A stretch of 64,000 bases of DNA from Macrostomum lignano. Lineage: Eukaryota. The stretch is from contig NIVC01000995.1 in assembly GCA_002269645.1 (NCBI GenBank), positions 186,001 through 250,000 of the forward strand, given 5' to 3'. Numbering within the stretch: position 1 is the first letter of the stretch; each line of letters begins with the position of its first letter. Below the pieces are notes generated by a model. It saw only the letters and a list, made by a program, of their open reading frames with translations, was not told where the DNA came from and made no database searches. Below are positions 12,501 through 24,285 of the stretch, one piece after another. The position numbers were made by a program, and so were the translations under genes.

Positions 12501-12527
12501 GGCAAGAAACACGTAGTCGTCCTCCAT
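3578..12527 (-). CDS. CEP170: CEP170-like centrosomal FHA-domain protein (spliced, 3' end unresolved)
   Basis: Exons 12351-12527, 12117-12206, 11736-12038, 6381(or 5805)-6612, 4559-4952 and 3578-4311 have GT-AG boundaries and consistent phases (0,0,0,1,2). The FHA segment IGRGQSCDILVK/SHSVDPQHALL..IQDLGSVNG/TFVNESRIPE..LRFGYDSN matches the CEP170 N-terminus as I recall it. Splicing also creates ELFGQPAWWG and FMITFD, resembling the CEP170 motifs LYGQPSWWG and FTIEFD. A possible short last exon lies at 2924-2964 (weak). Confidence 0.85.
4455..4550 (-). mobile_element. Short tRNA-derived SINE fragment (family B)
   Basis: Shares CATGTACAC..CTGTGCCTTGGGGG with the copies at 52.6 and 61.6 kb, and has a B-box-like GGTTCGATTCC on the minus strand. 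A further fragment lies at ~5050-5135. Confidence 0.55.
5865..6370. repeat. 36-bp minisatellite, 14 copies, reading (VSAAACPDSQS[R/K])14 on the minus strand
   Basis: Seen directly, and open in the CEP170 reading frame. Confidence 0.95.
7127..7395 (+). mobile_element. tRNA-derived SINE (family A) with a CORE/MIR-like central domain
   Basis: tRNA-like head GGGGTTGTAGCCTAGTGGTT..GGTTCGATTCTC, a central GTGTCCTTGAGCAAGGCACTTAAC..CAGCTGTAAAATGGG block and an (ATT)n tail. A second copy lies inverted at 8.1-8.4 kb. Confidence 0.8.
8125..8414 (-). mobile_element. tRNA-derived SINE (family A), inverted copy
   Basis: Reverse complement is similar to 7127-7395 across head, core and tail. Confidence 0.8.
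8950..10010 (-). mobile_element. Internally deleted Crypton-like (tyrosine recombinase / DUF3504-type) DNA transposon
   Basis: N-terminal piece (ATG 9685) contains AVPESTRRKERWALKQFDDW. It is fused to the C-terminal catalytic piece PIGRHTLDS/IVANITKPVSTDGKFSNQSLRKTCASRLHRAGL..VTGHSSNAIERY (stop 9153) through a +1 frameshift at ~9422. Palindromic or hairpin sequences lie on both flanks. Confidence 0.75.
10905..11720. repeat. 20-bp minisatellite grading from CAGATCCCTCAGAACCTTAC to GATCAATCAGAACACTAGCA
   Basis: Seen directly. Abuts the exon-3 donor at 11735. Confidence 0.95.
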
Positions 12528-14294
12528 GGCATTTCTTGTGTGAGCTGCAGGTTTATAGTGTGAGTTCAAAGTAGAACAATATAAATCTAATTTAAATAAA
12601 TATAAATATATGGCATTATATAACCTAATAATAAAAAAATGCACTATTTTAATAAAACCTTAAAAATAGTTTTTAAAGATAAGTCTCAGATAAATAGTTA
12701 GGAACCCAGTAGAATTGAAGCTTAAACTAAGTATCTAACTAAGTCTCTAAGCTTAAAGCTTCACTTTAGTTTTGAAAGCAAATAAGAGTATTTTAGCTAT
12801 TATTCTTATTATATTCTGCATTTAAATTGAATTTATAAAAAAACTAGAATATAAAATGTATATGTAAGTTTAATTAATTTTATCTATGCCAGTAGTGTGT
12901 CAGATGGTGTTCTTATATGTGTATATTCGATCAATACAATCTTTGTGTCCAGAATAAAGTGAATTGGCTATTTTTATTAGTTCGTTATCAAACAAAAATA
13001 TGATTGAGGAGTTAAAGTAACTTTTAATTCTAGAACTCTTTTGCCCACAGTTCGATAAAAATTAATCATTTGCTATATCATAGATCATAATCATATATAT
13101 CATATACATATATCAATGTATTTATGAATCATACATACATACTAATACTATTGACTATAAACAACAAATCAATGACACCGAGAGCTCAAATTCTAATGAC
13201 AAAAAATTAATCGAGATCTGGGCAGATCTAGATAGTAGCAATCCAACACTCATGGAATCTTTTTAAGTCGTATTTTTTCGCGCGAAGATGCCTGAGTGTT
13301 TCTGCACGTTGCTCACCAATGCACGCTGTTTGAACTGTTTCCTTGAATATAAATGTTTTGTAATTGCGATGAATAATTAAAATATTATAACAAAAAATGT
13401 ATTTTTGCAAATTAGAAACGCAAGTATTCACTCAAGTTTGTACAAAAATTGAGCTTAATAAAAAATCACCGTTGGGTTTTAAGCTAAATAAAATAAATTT
13501 ATTCAAGACCACGATATTTCAAACTAAGCCGGATCTTCATTGCCTATACATGAAATAAGGAGAGTGTTTTCGTGCGAAAAAGCAAAATAAATTTACCAAC
13601 ACTACGGTAATTTGCTTTGTCATTTTAAATTCGCAGAAACTGCAGGCTTAATGTTATTTTATTAAGATGAAGCATGCAACATATGTTGTTTTAACTTTCA
13701 GCCAACCTTAATATTTCCTTTTTGTCGATCTCTTCTTGAGTCTCTTAGTTTAGACTACTCATAAATAAAAGGTACATATCCATTACCTATTGTGCCTTTA
13801 AGAAGATAATTCCATCTTACTTATAAAAGGGCAATGCAGTGCTAATTATGTAAGGATATATTCCTCCACCTCACAAAACTATTTTCTTATTTTACTGGCT
13901 CAATTCAACTGATTCTTATCCACTGATTTTTATCCACATAATACTATACTAGTCTTACAAAATAAATCTACAAAGCAAATTCGAGTATATGCAGGTAAAT
14001 TCACTTTCTATTACTTTTTTTATTTGCACTTGAACTCTTGTTTACAATTACACATACATGTACATACATGTACCATCTACATTGAAAACAAATAGAAACT
14101 CTTTCAGCTCTGCAGATAAAAACAAGGTGAGTAATGATCAAACGAGCAAAAGATTTCTTGGGTAAGGCTTAATCGCCTCAGATCAGGAATAAATTTCCAG
14201 TTGAGGACAAGATCAATGGAGAGCAGGGAGAGGCTCCACAGTTGCGGATAAAATCAATGAAGAACGGGCGAGGCTTCAAATCAAACAGTCGCAG

Positions 14295-15349
14295 CTACGG
14301 CGCCATTGCCAGCGAGCTTAGGGCTGATGGCGCCGGCATAGGCGATGGACGTGTCAACTCGACCATAGCGGTGTCGGCGAGCCGCGCCAGCTCGGCAACG
14401 TGGCGATCTTGGGCCGGGCCATCGGGCACTTCGCATGCCATGAAGCGCGCAACTCCGCGCACGTAGTCGGCGTTGGCTCCGGCTCGGCCCGTTGCCATAG
14501 CAACCTGACGCGCCTGCCGATCAAGACCAGCCTCGCCCAGGTAGCGCCGGTTGTCGGGCTCTGCCACGTAGGTGAAGGCGGTGATATCGGGCGGAGGTGT
14601 TGTTGAAGGCGCCGACAGTGGTCTGAAGGTGACGCGGCGGAGTCGGTAACCGCCAAGGCGAGCTTCGCGCTCGCTAAGGTGCGCCATTGCGGCTAAAACG
14701 CTCTCGGCGCCGCTGACCTCGTAAAGGACGCCCCATGTGCAACATTCGGGGTCCGGCAGCAGGGTAGCGACTCGACCGGGCTGCAGTTGAGAGCAGATTT
14801 CAAAAGAAAGAAGTAATTTTAGTTCATAAAGGTCACTAAAAGGTCAAGTTGAGTCATCAAAAGGTTAACCAGGGTCAGCAGAGGTCAATCAAGATCAGCA
14901 GAGGTCAACTAGGGTCAGCAGAGGTCAACTAGGGCCGTTGGAAGTCAACTGGGTCGTTAGAGGTTAACTAGTTTAGCAAAGTGTAACCAAGGCCAGCAGA
15001 GGTCAGTCTGGATCAGCAGAGGTCAACCAGTCAGCAGAGGTTAACCAGGGTCAGCAGACGTCAAACAGGGTCAGCAGAGGTCAAACAGGGTCAGAAGAGG
15101 TCAACCAGTGGCGGTAAACAGAGAGGGCCAGCGGCTCACCAGGTCCGGGGTGCCCCTGTGCCAGATGCTGCCCTGGTAGAAGCGCCGCTTGAACCCGGGA
15201 GCGAAGCCGACAATGCGCCCGCTGTAGGGAAATCCGGGCCGCCAGATCAGCGAACCGTAGCCGAAAATCCTCAGCGGCGGTCCGTCAGCTGCCGCGGCCG
15301 CTGCGGCCGCCTCAGCCACCTCAACAGACTCAGGCGATTCTTCGACCAT
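14295..15349 (-). CDS. CHAC1: ChaC glutathione-specific gamma-glutamylcyclotransferase, ~231 aa
   Basis: Exons 15140-15349 and 14295-14780 (GT-AG, phase 0). Family motifs include IFGYGSLIWRPGF, RRFYQGSIWHRGTP-PGRVATL, WGVLY, LSERE and G.NADYV. Confidence 0.93.
14860..15105. repeat. Degenerate ~20-bp minisatellite GGTCAGCAGAGGTCAACCAG in the ChaC intron
   Basis: Seen directly. Starts ~35 nt after the donor. Confidence 0.85.
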
Positions 15350-15797
15350 TTTATTTGCTGTCCTGACGAATGCAGAAATAGAATTTCCTCCTGCTTCCCA
15401 CTCTGTCCTTCCCACTCACGGCGAGGGTTTAAATAAAGCTACGCGGTTGAATGAAGGGCGAAGGGAAAAGGGAATTCCAAATCGGGCGGAGAGGCGGTGA
15501 GGGGTGGGGCGGTTCGATCGGGCCTCCTTTCTGCCCCCCAGCAGTTTTGCCCGCCCACGCGAATTTATAGGTCTTTTTTACAGCTGATGCAAGGCGAGGA
15601 GGAGACGGGGTAGGGGAGGGCAGAGTGCCCTGATTCGAAGCTTCCTTTGAAATTGAAGTGGAGGAAGTGAGATGAGATTGTGATTGAAGAAGACAGGGCG
15701 TGAGCGAGTGAGAAAGGGATGGAGAGATGAGAAGGTTATGAAATGTTTGAGGTCATGTGAAGATTATGAGAAGGAGTTGAGTTTAGCAAGTGAGTTA

Positions 15798-18700
15798 GTG
15801 TCTGACCGTGTGTCTGAACGTGTGTCTGACTGTGTATCTGACCGTGTGTCTGACTGTGTGTCTGACCGTGTGTCTGACCGTGTGTCTGACTGTGTGTCTG
15901 ACTGTGTGACTGACTGTGTGTCTGACCGTGTATCTGACCGTGTGTCTGACTGTGTGTCTGACTGTGTGTCTGACTGTGTGTCTGACCGTGTGTCTGACCG
16001 TGTGTCTGACCGTGTGTCTGACCGTGTGTCTGACCGTGTGTCTGACTGTGTGTCTGACTGTGTGTCTGACCGTGTGTCTGACTGTGTCTGACTGTGTGTC
16101 CGACCGTGTGTGTGACCGTGTGTCTGACTGTGTGTCTGACCGTGTGTCTGACTGTGTGTCTGACTGTGTGTCTGACCGTGTGTCTGACTGTGTGTCTGAC
16201 CGTGTGACTGACTGTGTGTCTGACTGTGTGTCTGACCGTGTGTCAGACCGTGTGTCTGACCGTGTGTCTGACTGTGTGTCTGACTGTGTGTCTGACCGTG
16301 TGTCTGACTGTGTGTCTGACTGTGTGTCTGACCGTGTGTCTGACTGTGTGTCTGACCGTGTGTCCGACCGTGTGTCTGACTGTGTTTGACTGTGTGTCTG
16401 ACCGTGTGTCTGACTGTGTCTGACTGTGTGTCTGACCGTGTGTCTGACTGTGTGTCTGACCGTGTGTCTGACCGTGTGTCTGACCGTGTGTCTGACCGTG
16501 TGTCTGACCGTGTGTCTGACCGTGTGTCTGACCGTGTGTCTGACTGTGTGTCTGACTGTGTGTCTGACCGTGTGTCTGACTGTGTCTGACTGTGTGTCCG
16601 ACCGTGTGTGTGACCGTGTGTCTGACTGTGTGTCTGACCGTGTGTCTGACTGTGTGTCTGACTGTGTGTCTGACCGTGTGTCTGACTGTGTGTCTGACCG
16701 TGTGTCTGACCGTGTGTCTGACTGTGTGTCTGACCGTGTGTCTGACTGTGTATCTGACCGTGTGTCTGACCGTGTGTCTGACTGTGTGTCTGACTGTGTG
16801 TCTGACAGTGTGTCTGACTGTGTGTCTGACCGTGTGTCTGACCGTGTGTCTGACCGTGTGTCTGACTGTGTGTCTGACCGTGTGTCTGACTGTGTGTCTG
16901 ACTGTGTGTCTGACCGTGTGTCTGACTGTGTGTCTGACTGTGTGTCTGACCGTGTGTCTGACCGTGTGTCTGACCGTGTGTCTGACCGTGTGTCTGACCG
17001 TGTGTCTGACTGTGTGTCTGACTGTGTGTCTGACCGTGTGTCTGACTGTGTCTGACTGTGTGTCCGACCGTGTGTGTGACCGTGTGTCTGACTGTGTGTC
17101 TGACCGTGTGTCTGACTGTGTGTCTGACTGTGTGTCTGACCGTGTGTCTGACTGTGTGTCTGACCGTGTGACTGACTGTGTGTCTGACTGTGTGTCTGAC
17201 CGTGTGTCTGACCGTGTGTCTGACCGTGTGTCTGACTGTGTGTCTGACTGTGTGTCTGACCGTGTGTCTGACTGTGTGTCTGACTGTGTGTCTGACCGTG
17301 TGTCTGACTGTGTGTCTGACCGTGTGTCCGACCGTGTGTTTGACCGTGTGTCTGACTGTGTGTCTGACCGTGTGTCTGACTGTGTCTGACTGTGTGTCTG
17401 ACCGTGTGTCTGACTGTGTGTCTGACCGTGTGTCTGACCGTGTGTCTGACCGTGTGTCTGACCGTGTGTCTGACCGTGTGTCTGACTGTGTGTCTGACCG
17501 TGTGTCTGACTGTGTGTCTGACTGTGTGTCTGACCGTGTGTCTGACTGTGTCTGACTGTGTGTCCGACCGTGTGTGTGACCGTGTGTCTGACTGTGTGTC
17601 TGACCGTGTGTCTGACTGTGTGTCTGACTGTGTGTCTGACCGTGTGTCTGACTGTGTGTCTGACCGTGTGTCTGACCGTGTGTCTGACTGTGTGTCTGAC
17701 CGTGTGTCTGACTGTGTATCTGACCGTGTGTCTGACCGTGTGTCTGACTGTGTGTCTGACTGTGTGTCTGACCGTGTGTCTGACTGTGTGTCTGACTGTG
17801 TGTCTGACCGTGTGTCTGACCGTGTGTCTGACTGTGTGTCTGACCGTGTGTCTGACTGTGTGTCTGACTGTGTGTCTGACCGTGTGTCTGACTGTGTGTC
17901 TGACCGTGTGTCTGACCGTGTGTCTGACTGTGTGTCTGACTGTGTGTCTGACAGTGTGTCTGACTGTGTGTCTGACCGGGTGTCTGACCGTGTGTCTGAC
18001 TGTGTGTCTGACTGTGTGTCTGACCGTGTGTCTGACTGTGTGTCTGACCGTGTGTCTGACCGTGTGTCTGACTGTGTGTCTGACCGTGTGTCTGAACGTG
18101 TGTCTGACTGTGTATCTGACCGTGTGTCTGACTGTGTGTCTGACCGTGTGTCTGACCGTGTGTCTGACTGTGTGTCTGACTGTGTGACTGACTGTGTGTC
18201 TGACTGTGTATCTGACCGTGTGTCTGACTGTGTGTCTGACTGTGTGTCTGACTGTGTGTCTGACCGTGTGTCTGACCGTGTGTCTGACCGTGTGTCTGAC
18301 CGTGTGTCTGACCGTGTGTCTGACTGTGTGTCTGACTGTGTGTCTGACCGTGTGTCTGACTGTGTCTGACTGTGTGTCCGACCGTGTGTGTGACCGTGTG
18401 TCTGACTGTGTGTCTGACCGTGTGTCTGACTGTGTGTCTGACTGTGTGTCTGACCGTGTGTCTGACTGTGTGTCTGACCGTGTGACTGACTGTGTGTCTG
18501 ACTGTGTGTCTGAACGTGTGTCTGACCGTGTGTCTGACCGTGTGTCTGACTGTGTGTCTGACTGTGTGTCTGACCGTGTGTCTGACTGTGTGTCTGACTG
18601 TGTGTCTGACCGTGTGTCTGACTGTGTGTCTGACCGTGTGTCCGACCGTGTGTCTGACTGTGTTTGACTGTGTGTCTGACCGTGTGTCTGACTGTGTCTG

Positions 18701-20995
18701 ACTGTGTGTCTGACCGTGTGTCTGACTGTGTGTCTGACCGTGTGTCTGACCGTGTGTCTGACCGTGTGTCTGACCGTGTGTCTGACCGTGTGTCTGACCG
18801 TGTGTCTGACCGTGTGTCTGACTGTGTGTCTGACTGTGTGTCTGACCGTGTGTCTGACTGTGTCTGACTGTGTGTCCGACCGTGTGTGTGACCGTGTGTC
18901 TGACTGTGTGTCTGACCGTGTGTCTGACTGTGTGTCTGACTGTGTGTCTGACCGTGTGTCTGACTGTGTGTCTGACCGTGTGTCTGACCGTGTGTCTGAC
19001 TGTGTGTCTGACCGTGTGTCTGACTGTGTATCTGACCGTGTGTCTGACCGTGTGTCTGACTGTGTGTCTGACTGTGTGTCTGACAGTGTGTCTGACTGTG
19101 TGTCTGACCGTGTGTCTGACCGTGTGTCTGACTGTGTCTGACTGTGTGTCTGACCGTGTGTCTGACTGTGTGTCTGACCGTGTGTCTGACCGTGTGTCTG
19201 ACCGTGTGTCTGACCGTGTGTCTGACCGTGTGTCTGACCGTGTGTCTGACTGTGTGTCCGACCGTGTGTGTGACCGTGTGTCTGACTGTGTGTCTGACCG
19301 TGTGTCTGACTGTGTGTCTGACTGTGTGTCTGACCGTGTGTCTGACTGTGTGTCTGACCGTGTGTCTGACCGTGTGTCTGACTGTGTGTCTGACCGTGTG
19401 TCTGACTGTGTGTCTGACCGTGTGTCTGACCGTGTGTCTGACTGTGTGTCTGACTGTGTGTCTGACTGTGTGTCTGACCGTGTGTCTGACCGTGTGTCTG
19501 ACCGTGTGTCTGACCGTGTGTCTGACCGTGTGTCTGACTGTGTGTCTGACTGTGTGTCTGACCGTGTGTCTGACTGTGTCTGACTGTGTGTCCGACCGTG
19601 TGTGTGACCGTGTGTCTGACTGTGTGTCTGACCGTGTGTCTGACTGTGTGTCTGACTGTGTGTCCGACCGTGTGTGTGACCGTGTGTCTGACTGTGTGTC
19701 TGACTGTGTGTCTGACTGTGTGTCTGACCGTGTGTCTGACTGTGTCTGACTGTGTGTCCGACCGTGTGTGTGACCGTGTGTCTGACTGTGTGTCTGACCG
19801 TGTGTCTGACTGTGTGTCTGACTGTGTGTCTGACCGTGTGTCTGACTGTGTGTCTGACCGTGTGACTGACTGTGTGTCTGACTGTGTGTCTGACCGTGTG
19901 TCTGACTGTGTGTCTGACCGTGTGTCTGACCGTGTGTCTGACTGTGTATCTGACCGTGTGTCTGACTGTGTGTCTGACTGTGTGTCTGACCGAGTCTGAC
20001 CGTGTGTCTGACTGTGTGACTGACTGTGTGTCTGACTGTGTGTCTGACCGTGTGTCTGACCGTGTGTCTGACTGTGTGTCTGACTGTGTGTCTGACCGTG
20101 TGTCTGACTGTGTGTCTGACTGTGTGTCTGACTGTGTGTCTGACCGTGTGTCTGACTGTGTGTCTGACTGTGTGTCTGACCGTGTGTCTGACTGTGTGTC
20201 TGACTGTGTGTCTGACCGTGTGTCTGACTGTGTGTCTGACCGTGTGTCTGACTGTGTCTGACTGTGTGTCTGACTGTGTCTGACTGTGTGTCTGACCGTG
20301 TGTCTGACTGTGTCTGACTGTGTGTCTGACCGTGTGTCTGACCGTGTGTCTGACTGTGTGTCTGACTGTGTGTCTGACCGTGTGTCTGACTGTGTGTCTG
20401 ACTGTGTGTCTGACCGTGTGTCTGACTGTGTGTCTGACTGTGTGTGTGACCGTGTGTCTGACCGTGTGTCTGACTGTGTGTCTGACTGTGTGACTGACTG
20501 TGTGTCTGACTGTGTGTCTGACCGTGTGTCTGACCGTGTGTCTGACTGTGTGTCTGACTGTGTGTCTGACCGTGTGTCTGACTGTGTCTGACTGTGTGTG
20601 TGACCGTGTGTCTGACCGTGTGTCTGACTGTGTGTCTGACTGTGTGTCTGACTGTGTGTCTGACTGTGTGTCTGACCGTGTGTCTGACTGTGTCTGACTG
20701 TGTGTCTGACTGTGTCTGACTGTGTGTCTGACCGTGTGTCTGACTGTGTCTGACTGTGTGTCTGACCGTGTGTCTGACCGTGTGTCTGACTGTGTGTCTG
20801 ACTGTGTGTCTGACTGTGTGTCTGACTGTGTGTCTGACTGTGTGTCTGACCGTGTGTCTGACTGTGTCTGACTGTGTGTGTGACCGTGTGTCTGACCGTG
20901 TGTCTGACTGTGTGTCTGACTGTGTGTCTGACTGTGTGTCTGACTGTGTGTCTGACTGTGTGTCTGACCGTGTGTCTGACTGTGTGTCTGACTGA
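15798..20995. repeat. 5.2-kb satellite, 12-bp unit (C/T)GTGTGTCTGAC, with higher-order structure
   Basis: Seen directly. The 1769-aa ORF and all overlapping ORFs are repeat translations. Confidence 0.98.
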
Positions 20996-21436
20996 GTGGG
21001 CAGGCAGAGTTGAATCTACTTGCCGACAGCTGGCCAAGATCGGATAGGGAAAATGTCCGGGGTTCAAGTCCAATTTATTTTAGTCTCTAACGGATGCATT
21101 CCCAAGCCACCAGCACTTTCAGGCCTGCCAACACCGCAAGGCAGTGTCTATTTTTGGAAGACATTTTCATCAAAGTTCGCAGCAAACACGCATGGGAAAT
21201 GTGTTGCACTAGAAATTATTGGAAGACCAAACACGTGACAAACATTGAGGCTCTTTGGAAGCGCATTTCATCGTCACTGCAGCACTGTGTGACATTTGGT
21301 CTTCATTGGTCTTCATGCACTTATAAACTTTTTTAGTTGGATCTCTTACATAGGAAGTTTGACAATAGGCATAAACAATTTTCTAAGTAGCAAAAACAGA
21401 AATATGATAGAAATCTGTGTTTTCAGTACCTGTGAA

Positions 21437-21680
21437 AACAGGGGATGCTACCACCGGTGCTGCAGTGAGCAACAGGGGATGCTACCACCTGTGCTGCAGT
21501 GAATAACAGGGGATGCTACCACCTGTGCTGCAGTGAGCAACAGGGGATGCTACCACCTGTGCTGCAGTGAGCAACAGGGGATGCTACCACCTGTGCTGCA
21601 GTGAGCAACAGGGGATGCTACCACCTGTGCTGCAGTGAGCAACAGGGGATGCTACCACCTGTGCTACAGTTAACAATAGA
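21437..21680. repeat. 34-bp minisatellite AACAGGGGATGCTACCACCTGTGCTGCAGTGAGC, ~7 copies
   Basis: Seen directly. Confidence 0.93.
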
Positions 21681-22664
21681 GGATGCTACGAGTACAACAG
21701 GGGTGCTGAAGAGTACAGCGAATTACAGCGAATTACAGCGAATTACAGGTGATTCAGTACAGAAACTGTATCGTACGACTTTCGAATAAGTTTTTAGAAG
21801 TGAAAATTAATTAGGCTTGGAATCATGTCCCTTTTTACTACTCACGTTAGTAGCAAAGTATATTTTTGTAAACAATATTAAACTGTATTTTATATTTTGG
21901 TATGCAATAATTTGTACAGTAGGAGCCGGGCCAACACCAATCAGTCAGGGCAGAGCTCTGTGTTGAAATTGCTTTGATGAAGCCAGAAACAGCATCTATA
22001 AACAGAAGCCCTAACAGGTTCGGACCAAAGGATATCGCACAAAATCTTCGATTTTAAGCTGGCTAGAATAGTAAGTAAAACCTTTACGTTTATTTACGAG
22101 TATTTGCATTTTCTTTTACCTGACTGACTGATCATTGATTGAGTCTATTAAAGAAATTCTTTGAAATTCCTTTTGCATCTATATGTGTATATAGCTTCTA
22201 TATTTATCTGGATAAGCGCCAGCAAGCGTTATTATGGGATAAGTCGTTAGCCTGTGTACTTTGTTCCCAATAAAAGCTGGGGAGATTTTAAAACCAAGAG
22301 GCTGAGAAGTCACTCTGTAATTGAATCTTAGCTCATCGCCCCGATCTGCTCAAAGCCCCCCTACTGGGCCTCCGGGCAAGTAACGACCGTTTTTTCTTTG
22401 AGCCGCTAGTTCTGGGTTTTTTAAAACTCGACTACTTCACGGACACTCCGGCGCGGTCGCTTGGGTAATTTGAGCGTCAAAGAAATTTCTAGATCGCTTA
22501 GTGAAGTCTGAAGTGCTAGCGGGCCCGCTTTAACGAGTCCACTCAGTCAGTTCCTCGTCTAGTCTGCGCTCAAGCAAATTCACTAAGCTATCAACGGTAG
22601 GCTTAGAAAGTTAACTGTCCATAAATATCGGAAATGAAAATTTCTACAGCCGTACGCCTCAAAA

Positions 22665-23845
22665 CCTACAGTGCAGTGGCACCCGAAACCTTACAGTGGC
22701 TCCCCAAGCCCAACAGTGGCGCCCCAAGCCCAACAGTGGCACCCCAAACACTACAGTGGCGCCCCAAGCCCAACAGTGGCACCCCAAACCCTACAGTGGC
22801 GCCCCAAGCCCAACAGTGGCACCCCAAACACTACAGTGGCGCCCCAAGCCCTACAGTGGCGCCCCCAAACTCTACAGTGGCGCCCCAAACTCTACAGTGG
22901 CGCCCCAAACCCTACAGTGGCGCCCCCAAACCCTACAGTGGCGCCCCAAGCCTACAGTGGCGCCCCAAACCCTACAGTGGCGCCCCAAACTCTACAGTGG
23001 CGCCCCAAACCCTACAGTGGCGCCCCAAACCCTACAGTGGCGCCCCAAATTCTACAGTGGCGCCCCAAACCCTACAGTGGCGCCCCAAACCCTACAGTGG
23101 CGCCCCAAGCCTACAGTGGAGCCCCCAAACCCTACAGTGGCGCCCCCAAACTCTACAGTGGCGCCCCAAACCCTACAGTGGCGCCCCAAACCCTACAGTG
23201 GCGCCCCAAGCCTACAGTGGAGCCCCCAAACCCTGCAGTGGAGCCCCAAACCTTACAGTGGCGCCCCCAAACTCTACAGTGGCGCCCCAAACCCTACAGT
23301 GGCGCCCCAAACCCTACAGTGGCGCCCCAAGCCTACAGTGGCGCCCCAAACCCTACAGTGGCGCCCCAAACTCTACAGTGGCGCCCCAAACCCTACAGTG
23401 GCGCCCCAAACCCTACAGTGGCGCCCCAAACTCTACAGTGGCGCCCCAAACCCTACAGTGGCGCCCCAAACCCTACAGTGGCGCCCCAAGCCTACAGTGG
23501 AGCCCCAAACCCTACAGTGGCGCCCCCAAACTCTACAGTGGCGCCCCAAACCCTACAGTGGCGCCCCAAACCCTACAGTGGCGCCCCAAGCCTACAGTGG
23601 AGCCCCCAAACCCTACAGTGGAGCCCCAAACCTTACAGTGGCGCCCCCAAACTCTACAGTGGCGCCCCAAACCCTACAGTGGCGCCCCAAACCCTACAGT
23701 GGCGCCCCAAGCCTACAGTGGAGCCCCAAACCTTACAGTGGAGCCCCAAACCTTACATTGGCGCCCTCAAACCCTACAGTGGCGCCCCAAGCCCAACAGT
23801 GGCGCCCAAGCTCTACAGTGGCGCCCTCAAACCTTACAGTGCGCC
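22665..23845. repeat. 20-21-bp minisatellite CTACAGTGGCGCCCCAAACC
   Basis: Seen directly. ORFs are open in all three + frames, typical of a repeat artefact. Confidence 0.96.
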
Positions 23846-24285
23846 AAGCAAATTCACTAAGTACCCTAAGTTCCCCTCAACCCTAACGTAGCAGTGATGC
23901 CCCCCGAACCCCAAACTAGCTGCAGTGCTCATAAGAAGTAAATAAACAACTTGTACCCAGTAAAAGTACACACCAGCCTTGGAAAGTTGCAGGTTGCAGT
24001 CAGCTATTCCATTCGACCTGACAGACAGTATTGAATAATCAGCAATGCAGATCAAGGGTTGAATACACCAGCATTGCAGCATTAACCCTTCTCTCCTGAT
24101 CCCTACCTCGGGGGCACAGCTCGAAGTCCCCCTCAGCTGGCAGCGGCAGCCCCCGGGAGCCAGCAGTCTCAGCTGGAGATTCGCTAATCAAAGGCGACAT
24201 CTGATTGGCCGCTGCTCCACTCGGCCCTCTGAGGCAAAAGACCGCTCTGGCTTCGGAGGCCAGCGCCCTCTGGGTGCACTGAGCC

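Noticed and set aside
15764-21073. 1769-aa ORF (SDTR/HTVR/QTH repeats)
   Set aside because: Translation of the 12-bp satellite. The minus strand of the unit simply lacks stop codons, and there is no unique coding context.
22634-23891. Three ~400-aa Pro-rich ORFs, and similar ORFs at 25.5, 28.4-29.2, 31.1, 37.5-39.6 and 53.9-54.9 kb
   Set aside because: All coincide with tandem arrays and occur in multiple frames.
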